Part shown: one piece after another, positions 40,575-51,580 of the stretch
Numbering within the stretch: the first letter of the stretch is position 1
Layout of the letters: each line of letters opens with the position of its first letter
Source of the DNA: Octopus vulgaris
Taxonomy: Eukaryota
Length of the DNA stretch: 64,000 nt
Assembly: GCA_951406725.2 (NCBI GenBank)
Contig: OX597816.1
Location: 103,912,001-103,976,000, forward strand
Direction: 5' to 3'
The notes under the pieces: model-generated
The model's database searches: none
What the model saw: the letters and a program-made list of their open reading frames with translations, nothing else
Told to the model about the DNA's origin: nothing
Program-made: the position numbers and the translations under genes

Positions 40575-40712
40575 CGGATGAGAGAAGAAAAACTCAGAAC
40601 ATTAACTTCACCTTATGTGGGCATATTTAAAAGAAAGGCTGGTGAAAATTCACAGTTTTTTGTTGCAAGGAAATCTAAGAGCCACATCTTTAGTAATATG
40701 ACAGACTACTAA
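40575..40712 (+). CDS. Candidate terminal coding exon of the RGS gene (RMREEKLRTLTSPYVGIFKRKAGENSQFFVARKSKSHIFSNMTDY*)
   Basis: Good polypyrimidine acceptor (ttgctttccttattcag). The phase-0 frame is open for 45 codons and ends TAA TAG TAG, compatible with the phase-0 donor at 23206. No firm homology support. Confidence 0.3.
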   Translation, partial: RMREEKLRTLTSPYVGIFKRKAGENSQFFVARKSKSHIFSNMTDY

Positions 40713-41355
40713 TAGTAGCAATTTAACTAAGTGGAAATAGACAACATATATTTAGGAAAGAGATCCAATTATATATTTGTAACTCAGCTACAGAAACGTG
40801 ATTGAATCCTTATATAAAAATAATACTTGCCTGCTGATGCCAGAAATTCTGTTCTAAATACTGTAAACCTTTTAGTCTGAACCTATACTAATTCTTCCAT
40901 TTCACCATCATCCATGACAAGAGTAACATTGATTTCAAATTTTGTCGGAGGGGGTAAATTGACTACATCAACCCCAGTTCTTAAGTGGTACTTAATTTAT
41001 TGTCCCCTAAAGGTAAAATGGCAAAGTCAACCTCAACAGCATTCAAACCCAGAACATAAAGAGAGGTGAAATACTACTAAGCATTTTGCCCAGCATGCTT
41101 TCGACTCTGCCAGCTCATTGCCTTACGATAAGAGTAACATTAAAACATATTTCTAATTTATGCATGAAGTCAGAAATTTCAGAAGAGGTGACAATCAATT
41201 AAATCAACTCTAACATTTGACTGGTATATATTTTATCAGCTACTGAAGGATAATACTTTAGAGTGATGCCCAGCAGGAATTAGACTTGGAATATAAATGA
41301 ACATAATTAAACATCATAACACATTCCTCTGGTCTACTACCAAATGTGCTGTTCA

Positions 41356-43070
41356 GTACAAGATGGGCTACAGCAAATATTCTGCTCAATACCACAGATT
41401 TGCTTGTCAGTTGTTTGACCTTAACCAGTTGAGCATGTCCCTTAGTGGCTGACGATATGTGCATCTCTGATCATGAGCAGAAGTAGTGGGGGAGCATCAT
41501 AGCCATGTGTTGAGAGGGATTCTTTGGGGTTTGAATAATTCACCTCTGGAAACATGGGTGGTTCTTTCAACATCCTTAAACAACCCTTATTCAGGGACCT
41601 TTTGAGCGGGATGGGCTACTCAACCTGAAGAAAATTCTAACTGGGCCCCACCTGCAAGGTCATGTACTGTTTATCTTGATATGAGATCACCATGTCGCGC
41701 ACATATGGTTGTGATGCATGTGCCTGGTGTACCCTTATCAGACGGGTAGTCATGATGGGTATATTGGGCTTCGTATATTTTACCCCAGTGTCACTTTGAT
41801 GGCATGCATTGCTCTCTCACTCAATAATAATAATAATGATAATAACAGTGACTCTCATGGCTTTTGAATATGTACTGATTGGAAGTGTCAGCATGTACAT
41901 GTCTTGGTGATAAAAGATGGGCTGCAGCAAATATTCTGCTCAATACTTCAGATTTGCTTGTTGTTTGCTTGACCTTAACCAGTTGAGCATGTCCCTTAGT
42001 AGCTGATGATATGTGCATCTCTGATCATGAGCAGAAATAGTGGGGAAACATCATAGCCATGTGTTGAGGGGATTCTTTGAAAAATTCAACCCTGGAAACT
42101 TAGGTGTTTTGTTCATCATTCTTAAACTACCCTAATTCAGGGATCTTTTGGGAAGGATGGACTACTCAACCTTAAGAAAATTCTAACTGGGCCCCACCAC
42201 TAAGGTTATGCACTGATTATCTTGATATAATGCACATATGGTTGCAATGAATATCAGGTGAGTAATCATTATGGGAGTATAAAGCTTTATATATTTGTAC
42301 CCCAGCATCACTTTCATGGTATGCACTGCTCTCTTACTCAATTATGATATTAATAATAAAAGATCAAATGTCCTTCTTGAACCATATGCTCATAAGGCTG
42401 CTTTCCCAGATTCTGTTGTTTATATAATCCACCCACTGGATGAGAGGCTGGTCCATCACAAGAATACTCAATTTTACCATCTGAGTGGACTGGAGCAATG
42501 TGAAATGAATTTTTTTTCTCAAGAACACTGCATCACCCAATCGTGGAATCCAGGCCACAAGCTTATGATCATGAGGGCAACACCCTAACAACAAAGCTAT
42601 ACACCTCAACAGCAACAACAACAACAATAATAATAATCCTTTCTACTATAGGCAAAAGGCCTGGAATTTTGGGAGAAGGGGCTAAGTCATTACATTGACC
42701 CCAGTGCATAATTAGTACTTTTTTCTTCAACCCTGAAAGAATGAATGGCAAAGTCAACCTCAGTGGAATTTGAACTCAGAATGTAATGCCATGAAGCATT
42801 TTACCTAGCATGCTAACAATTCTGCCGGCTCATCACCTTAATAATATATGTCCCGATGCACTACAAGGTGATGGCTCTCATGGCTTCTGATCTTAATTGA
42901 ATAGAAATGTTAGCATGTACATGTCTTGGTGTAAAAGATGGGCTACAGCAAATATTCTGCACCTTACCTCATATTTGTTTGTCACTTGCTTGATCTTAAC
43001 CAGTTAAATATGTCTCTTAGTGGCTGGCAATGTGTGCATCTGTGATTGTGAGCAGAAGTAGTGGAGGGAC
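41356..43070 (+). mobile_element. Three head-to-tail copies of a non-coding (AAT)n-tailed retroelement end
   Basis: agatgggctacagcaaatattctgc..ccttaaccagttgagcatgtcccttagt recurs at about 41360, 41914 and 42937. The first two copies end in ctcactcaataataat-like tails. Confidence 0.75.
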
Positions 43071-43381
43071 TTCAACATCACTTACATATATTTGCCATAG
43101 GATACCAGGTATACAGCTGAGGCACTGTTGGTGAAATTGCTCCAGCCTTATTATATGTCTCCAGTAAGTAACCCATTGCATTCATATAGCAATAAAAACA
43201 AACATCAAGAATTGTAGACCTGCAGCTTTGTCTCGATTGAAATTTCATGCTGTAACCATAAATATTCATTCAGTTCTTTTAATTTACCATGGGTTTTCTT
43301 GGTTTAGTAGGGGATTTCCTCATCAAAATATTTGTTTATATAGTTATATACAGTATATATATATATGTGTGTGTTTGTGTG

Positions 43382-43448
<67 letters not shown>

Positions 43449-43502
43449 ATATATATATATATATATATATAGATAGATAGATAGATAGATAGATAAATAT
43501 AT

Positions 43503-43692
43503 GGTTGGCGATTTTTTTTTCCTCTGTCTTCCCTTCTCTGGATCTTTCCTTCTCCTATGTTTCCGATGAAGAGCTCCGCTCAAAACGTTAAACCCTCATT
43601 CTTTCCTTCTTTCCTGAGCGTCCAATAATACTATATTTGTTCCACGTCCTCGCGTTGTTGTGTTTTTTTGTGCTTTCTTGTTTGGATTAACT
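43503..43692 (+). mobile_element. Hammerhead-carrying short element, second copy (motif at 43559-43593)
   Basis: GUUU-CCGAUGA-A-GAGC-UCC-GCUC-AAAAC-GUU-AAAC, with two core changes relative to consensus. Flanked by TA-rich microsatellites. Confidence 0.7.
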
Positions 43693-43719
43693 ATATATAT
43701 ATATATACATACATAGGCT

Positions 43720-44082
43720 GATGCCAGCGCCGCCGGCCGATGCCAGCACCGCCTGGCTGATGCCAGCGCCGCCTCGACTGGCTTCTGTGCCGGTGGCACA
43801 TAAAAAGCACCATCCGAACGTGGCCGATGCCAGTGCTACCTTGGCTGGCTTCCGTGCCGGTGGCACGTTAAAAGCACCAACTGATTGTGGCCGATGCCAG
43901 ACTCCCCTGGCACGTAAAAAGCACCCACTACACTCGCAGAGTGGTTGGTGTTAGGAAGGGCATCCAGCTGTAGAAACACTGCCAGATCAGACTGGAGCCT
44001 GATGCAGCCTCTGGCTTCCCAGACCCCGGTTGAACCGTCCAACCCATGCTAGCGCGGAAAATGGACGTTAAACGATGATGAT
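43720..44082 (+). mobile_element. 5'-truncated RTE 3' end
   Basis: Same tandem units and (GAT)n tail as 27840-28265. Confidence 0.8.
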
Positions 44083-47000
44083 ATACACACACACATATGT
44101 ATATATGTGTGCATGCGCATGTGTGTGTGTGCACATGTGCAGACACATGTATATTTAACTGAACAAGCTTATATATATGTCGATAATTTTGGTAACTTCA
44201 TCTCTCCATACAATGGCAGTTGTCACCTGTTTACATTGTTGCTGCAATGTTTGGCTTTCTCCTAAATTGATCTGAATTCATCGCATATTTGATAACTAAT
44301 ATAGAAGAAACAATATCTGTACCATTTAGCACTTTGAGTATCATCTGAAGAATTGATAAACATGTTTTTCCTTTGTCAGTTTTTAATAACAGACATATTA
44401 TGACTCTGGTGTTACATTTGCCCTTGAATTTAGAGTTTTATTTTGTCTTAAATTATTATCTTTATTATTGATTTCTACCGTTTCAATTTCCATTTTTATA
44501 TTCTCTCCAGCAGTTATTTCTTGTCCTTCATTAAGTCTATTCTTTGGTTACATTTTCTATAATTAAGCTACTCTTTTTCATTTTCATGTTTGTGTGTTGA
44601 CTTAATTTGCATTTGCTTTCATTATTCTCATGCTTTTTTCTACCCTTATTTCTCCTTTGTGCTTTAACTATTATTTATTTTGGGCAGTTTTCTATTTTTC
44701 CTATATTTATCTCAATGGAGTGTTTTTCTATTCTCTTATCAATTGTTACCATTGTTGCTATAAAAAGAAATTCTGTCAGATATTTTAAAAGATATTTTTA
44801 TTGTTCTGTGTAATTTCAAGAAGATGAAATAATTTATTTTTCAATTGTTTCTTGAAATATTTTTATAGTCTCCAGTTGATGGGGACACCTTTCTTTCTGT
44901 GGTAGTTTTCAGGAATATGTAATTTCAACCTGTTAAATTCTTTCTAAATTCTAAGATACCGGGATGCCAAACTTACTTCCTTAACCTATAATAGAATGCC
45001 AAGCCCACACCACTAATTCTAAGCCAAATGAAAGTATAAACTTGTTCCAAGAAATTGTAAAACTACTTCATCTATTTTGATATATTAAGAACTCAAAATA
45101 AACAATTCAAATTTGCCTGCAGGCCATTTTTTTTTCCTTGATAATAATTCATGACAAACCAAATGTATTTATGTTAGACTGATCTCTGCTCTTCACACTA
45201 CCTCTCTCAAATTACATCACATATTCTAAAACTAAATAGCAACTAATTTTATCTTGAACCAATCAAGTTCTATTGGAGTTTTCATATTTTCTTTCATATT
45301 TTCTTTTTCTTTTCTTTTCTTTTCTCTTTTACTGTTATTGCTAGTTTAGTGTAAGTTTAACTGTTACATTGAATAAAAAAATCATGTATTATTTTTGGTT
45401 CAATATTGCAGATATCAGGCTCCATGCACTGATGGAGTAAACAAAATGAATAACTTGCTTTGTTTAAAGGACAAATTTGAATGAATGAGTCTCACACAAC
45501 AAATTTACCTCCAAATCTCTCAGCTAGTATAATTATCCTTCTTACTGTATCATGAATATATGTAGCAGTCATAATTATAGAAGTCTCCAAATTATACAAT
45601 CTGAATTAAAATCTGTGGCTTCTTGTAGCTGTATCTTTAATAGATAAGTTATTTACAATTCCAGGTATGGAGTTTTGGAAGGTTTTATTTTTTGTTTACA
45701 GTTCACATGCAATCTTATCATGAAATAATCAAATGAGTGCAGTTTGTTGTATAACTTTCTAATTCATTTTACTAATAAGTTTATGACAAAAAGATAATCA
45801 TCATTAGCATACTTGCCTAATATAGTTCCTGATATGTTTCTCTATTTCTATTGTAGCATTCTATCAAAAGGAATGTTATGTTCACCAGACAACACTTTTT
45901 ATGATAACTAAACAATACTGGACAAATACATTTACAGTTATCATGGCTTCCACAAATAATTGCTTCAAATTTTGGCACAAGGTAATCAACATTTTAGTGG
46001 GTAGTAGTTATTCAATTACATCCACTACAGTATTTGAATTGAGAACATAAAGAGCTGTAAGAAATGTTACTAAGCATTTTGCCAGATGTACCAGCAATTC
46101 TGCTGATTTGCTACCTTATAGCTTTCTTATATAATGGCAATTGAAGCTGTATAATAGGGTAAAACCCCAAATGCAGAGAACTTTGTTTCTTAAAATCAAA
46201 CCGCTTTTGGGGTGGTACAGTTTACATGTAAACCTTTAATTTTGATACTAGTACTGCTGTCATGTAATCTAAATTAGTTTTGCAACAAATCTCACTCTAT
46301 TATTGCTCTATTATTTATTCTAAAATGATGATGTTTAAAAGGTGACCAAATTTAGATTTCAGTATAAAACTTTTAAACTAAATTTAAACAATTCACCATC
46401 CATCTTTTTTATAACTTTATTAGAGTTGTGCTTTCACAAGTGTACTGTATCATTGTTACATTTATGCCATGGCTGTAGTTATTCATTATGTATGACATTC
46501 AGGATCTACTTTATTACCAATTAGCAAACTAACTTTACTAGCCCCCTTACATTAAAATATACTAACTTGCTTTGCATTGCAACTATTCCATTACTTTATC
46601 ATAAATTTTTATCTGCAACACTTTTCTCCACCGAGAAAAATAGTTGTCAAACAAAAAGATAATCTTTGTTTTCTATATATGTAGCTTGTTGACAAACATA
46701 AATAGAAAACAAATTTGTTGTTATTTTCATATTGCATAGCAAATACAACCAGATTTTTAGTAATATGTGATTTTTAACTGCTAAACTGTACAGTTGTTAC
46801 TCCTCCTTCTCAACTGACATTAAGCATTAATTTATACAATTTACTCATTTATCTATAAGACAGATGATTAAATGTATTTTTTCTTCTAATTCTCAACCTC
46901 ATGAAGGCTGTGCTTATATTTTTGGATGGAATTTGGAAAAGTTATATTTCATTTGAATGTCTGCATGGACATAATTTAACAGGAAAAAAATGTTGACCTT

Positions 47001-47202
47001 TTCTGTTTTTGTAGAACTGATCTTGTCAGATTTGACTGGATGAATTGTCATAAATTTAGCTGTTTAAATATTTGGGATAATCCCATATTACCATAGCCGC
47101 AAAAGTGATATATTTCAGCCTGGTTTGGCTTCATGTCTCATGTTTCGTGATCTTCTTATATTGAGCTATACAAGATTTTGTCCCAAAATAAATATGGTAA
47201 AT

Positions 47203-47426
47203 TTCACCTTTTAGCATTCAGATTACTCTATCAAATATAATATTTATTCCCATTGTTTTAAATTAATTATGTACTATTTTGTTGCTTCAACATTTCAATA
47301 ATGTAATTGTTTATTTTTAGAATGATATCAAAGAATTGGTGAGAAAGGTCAGGTCTGGTCATTTAGAACATAAAACTGGTGGAATATTTGAGTCAGATAT
47401 GGCTAATTTGATTGCTAAAGGGTTAC
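47203..47426. mobile_element. piggyBac-type MITE, second copy
   Basis: ccttttagcattca / ttgctaaaggg termini. The interior matches the reverse complement of 19495-19722. Confidence 0.6.
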
Positions 47427-49667
47427 ATTAGTCTGTGTTGCTGGGATGAATTTGTATGCTGAACCTATGTATATCTCTAATAATAAGAGATTAAGATTAT
47501 AAGCTAAAAGAATAATAAAGCTATTTAAAACTAAGCATTCATTAATAGAAGTTTCTTTTGAATATGATATCACATAATATTATTGTTGTTTATCATTTGT
47601 AAATATGACAAAGTAACTGATGTTATACATAACAACAAACTTCAAATATAAGACAAACTATAATATATTTTTAAACTATGTATGCCTTTAAATTTGAGAC
47701 TTCTTTTGTCAACTTCATGGAAATTAAAATATTCTTATATGACTTCTGAATCAGTGCTCTCTTCACTCCTTACCACCTTCTCCCTTCCCCCTCTCCCTTC
47801 ATCGTCACCCCTCCCTCGTAACCCACCCCACACTCTCCAACCCCACCTTCCCTAACCACTTCACATTCTTTATTTTCTCTCCCTGTTTCTTTCTGCATTC
47901 CTTTCTATGGAAGAGTGTAGGCTTGAAACGATAAAGACTTTTCACTTCCCGAGCATTAAACTAATACATCTGTTTGTTGTATACAACACCTGTCTTCGTC
48001 TTTTGTTTTTTTGTGAATTCTCTCCCTGTAATTAATTAAGTCTTTAAGTTTATTATTTAGATTATATCTTTTTGTTATAATACTACAAATACAATATAGT
48101 AACTTCTTCACTTTTTACCTAGAAAATAATCATATTTCCTTAAATGTAATCACTAAAAAGTTAATTATATTCTCTTTTGATCCTTTCTAAATCAAAAGGA
48201 TCTATGATTGTGTTGAATTTTGATTACTGTAGGGTTAAGCAAATCAGCAGCTTCCCTGAAAAATTATGCTAATTTATCATGGGTACCATTATGGCTCACT
48301 CCCAGTATTCCTATACCAATTAATTGCTCATTAATTTACTGTCAATGTACAGTACTAGTTACAAAGTATAACTTTTGAACCTTCTATTGGTTATTTGGTA
48401 CCCTATCAAATTTGCTGTCAGTAGTTGATCCTTTGAAATATTTTTTATACCCACCTACATGAAACCACCCTTACTATATCATTCAAAGCTCCTCATTTTA
48501 AAGTGATTATATTTCAACTAACAGCTACTATAATTTAAAGTAAAAATGCCATCTTAGTAATAGAAACGTTACCCCCACCTCTAAATTTTTGGTTATTTTC
48601 AAAATTAGTTGAACAGTGTGTTTGATTAGAAATGTGATCATGAAGGTATTAAATTCAGTAGTTATCAGTAATCTACTCCTGTAGAAGAGTGGAGTCAAAA
48701 CAGAGAATAGAGAGCTACTCTGAATGCATTGCCATCTTTCTTTCCACACCTCTCTGTTCAGTCTCAATATTCACTTTACTTCCACCTCTTCATCATCAAT
48801 CAATGTTAATAGAATATATATATGAATATTATAATGGGTTTTATTCAATGAACTATATCTCTCCTACACAAACATTGATATTGTACTTAAGCCTTAATGA
48901 AAAGGTATCATAATTTTACCTTTGATTTATCTGTAGTAGATTTACGTCAGTTCTTTATCTATATAATGGCTAAATGTTTCTATGCCAGTTTACAAATTTT
49001 GAAATATTCTATAGTAAATTTGATCAAACTACATGAGAAAATTTTGGATATATTTTTTAAAATTTGTGATTCATAGAAAAGCAGTGAAATGAAGATCATG
49101 TACTATGTTTTCAGTACTAGATTTCAACATTTTTTGAAGGAAGTAGATTTTGTTGGTTTATTTTTTTCCTTTTATTTATTTTTTTTTCATTCTCATGTAC
49201 TTTTTGTCATTAAATCCCAATATTTAACCACCAGGATGATTGTTCTGTGAGTGAATGTACATTCTGTTTGTTTGATATCTTACTAAAGCAACAGTTGTTT
49301 CTTTTGATGTTATTTTAAGGAGGGAAGGGTGATTTGTTGTTGTTAACTGAACAGTTCCTTTTCCTTTGAAGAACATTTCACATCAAAGCAACAAATCTTT
49401 TGTAGATTTACTTTAAATATTTATTATCTTTCTCTGTTTAAATTTTTACTTTTTATTTCTATTTCAAAACATGTTTATACTATAAACCTGGGACCTATTG
49501 AACTTAGCCAGGTTTCCAATATGTCCACAGCACATTAATGTGCATATATGTTTCTTTCTGTGGTAGATTCTATTTACAGTGAATTCTTGTTAAACCATAC
49601 TAATAGTGGTAAGATTCTCTAGTTTAGCTGATTTTCAGAATTAAGTGATAGCAGATTTAATACTGGA

Positions 49668-49738
<71 letters not shown>

Positions 49739-49811
49739 ATATATATGTATATATATACAGACACACACACATGCGTGCACACACACACACACACACACAG
49801 GTGAGCACATA

Positions 49812-50076
49812 AGTGCAAAACAAGGTAGAAAAATAGTACTTGAACACCAAAGGTAGAGTAATATACTTTTTATTAAAGCTGCAAAATTATCACAGAACTG
49901 TTACTCAGAGTTTCACATTCCCGTTCATCTGACAGTTGTTGTCTAATGAATGGAAACATGAAACTCTGAGTTACAGTCCTGTGATAGTTTTGCAGCTTTA
50001 ATGAAAAAGTGTATATATATATATATATATATATACTGTTTTTCATTAAAGCTGCAAAGCTATCACAGGACTGTGA
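49812..50076. mobile_element. Foldback element with back-to-back hammerhead-like motifs (49896-49937 -, 49939-49976 +)
   Basis: Arms about 49862-49934 and 49940-50014. Minus: AACUGU-CAGAUGA-ACG-GGAA-UGU-GAAA-CUCUGAG-UA-ACAGUU. Plus: UUGU-CUAAUGA-AUG-GAAA-CAU-GAAA-CUCUGAG-UU-ACAG. Confidence 0.75.
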
Positions 50077-51019
50077 TACACACACACACACATATATATC
50101 CTCATCATCATCATTTAACGTCTGTTGTCCATGCTGTCATGGGGTGGATGGTTTAACTGGGCCAGCATGCTGGAAGGATGCACCAGACTCCAGTCTGATT
50201 TGGCATAGTTTTCTGTGGCTGGAAGCCCTTCCTAATGCCAACCACTCCAAGAGTGTAATGGATGCTTTTACATGCCACAGGTATGGGTGCCATTTGCATG
50301 ACACCGGGGTGCATTTATGTGCCACCAGCAAGGGTGCCAGTTTGTGTCACGCTAATGTCTGCCATGACTGCAATTTTGCTCGGCTTGATGGTTCTTATTC
50401 TCAAGCACGACATAATGCCAAAGGTCTTGGTCATTGCCTCTGTGAGGCCCAACACAAAAGGAACTCAGCCACTTTGTTTCAGTGAAGCTCAATGCTTGAG
50501 AGCAACTCAGCCACTTTGCCTCCGTGAGGTCTAACACTCAAAAGGAACTTGGCCATTTTGCCTCCTTGAAGTCCAACGCTCACTGGGAACTCAGCCATTT
50601 TGCCTCCGTGAGGCCCAATGTTTAAAAGATGTTCTTTACATGCCACCAGCATGGGTGCACTTGGCATGACAGGTCCTATATAATATTGTATTGAAAATAT
50701 AATTATTTATAGAAATAATAATTACTTCTAACGTGGTATACTACCAGCATAATAAAGAGTGTCATGACAGAAAAATACTCTAAAGATCACATGACTATAT
50801 AAGGTATAAAGATTTGTTTTCGGAGTTGTTTTTCTCTAGCAAGTGATTTGATCTGAAACTGTGTGTTAAAACTGAAGAAACTATATCATGTAGGAGTCAC
50901 TTAATAACATATAATACTGTTAAATTTAAGGAGAATTTAACAGCTTTGTATATTATTAAATGGCTCTTCTACAATATCGTAGCTGTAATTTAAATTTTCT
51001 AAAATTTATTTAACACTGT

Positions 51020-51318
51020 GACACGTGACCGACCAGACCATCAGATGTTGTTACACATCGCTGGTCACAATGCGTTCGCATTGTTTTAGCCTTCGAATGA
51101 CGCCACCCCGCTGGCTAAGCGAGTAGGCCAACAGAAGAAAGAGTGGGAGAAAGAGTGGTGAAAGAGTACAGCAGGGATCACTACCCCCTGCCGGAGCCTC
51201 GTTGGGCTTTTAGGTGTTTTCGCTCAATAAACACACACAACGCCCGGTCTGGGAATCGAAACCGCGATCCTGCGACCGCGAGTCCGCTGCCCTAACCACT
51301 AGGCCATTGCGCCTCCAC
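51020..51318 (-). mobile_element. Young tRNA-derived SINE with 11-bp target-site duplication
   Basis: TSD tttaacactgt at 51009-51019 and 51319-51329. CpG-rich head ggaggcgcaatggcctagtggttagggcagcgg..ggtttcgattccc. Confidence 0.88.
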
Positions 51319-51390
51319 TTTAACACTGTACCATATGTAAAATTATAGCGTTAATGTTATAAATGAATTTTATTATATGAAGAGAAAAAA

Positions 51391-51580
51391 GGCGGCAAGC
51401 TGGCAGAAACCTTAGCACACTGGACAAAATGCTTAGCAGTATTTTGCCCATTGCTACGCTCTGAGTTCAAATTCAGTCGAGGTTGACTTTGCCCTTCATC
51501 CTTTTGGGGTCGATAAATTAAGTACCAGTCAGGTAATGGGGTTGATGGGATTGTCTTTCCCCTCCCCACCAAAAATTCAG
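51391..51580 (+). mobile_element. tRNA-derived SINE (third family)
   Basis: ggcggcaagctggcagaa..gagttcaaatt..gactttgcccttcatcc..ggggtcgataaattaagtacc. Other copies at about 4620-4835, 19730-19960, 40930-41125, 42640-42840, 59895-60110 and 60135-60280. Confidence 0.75.
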
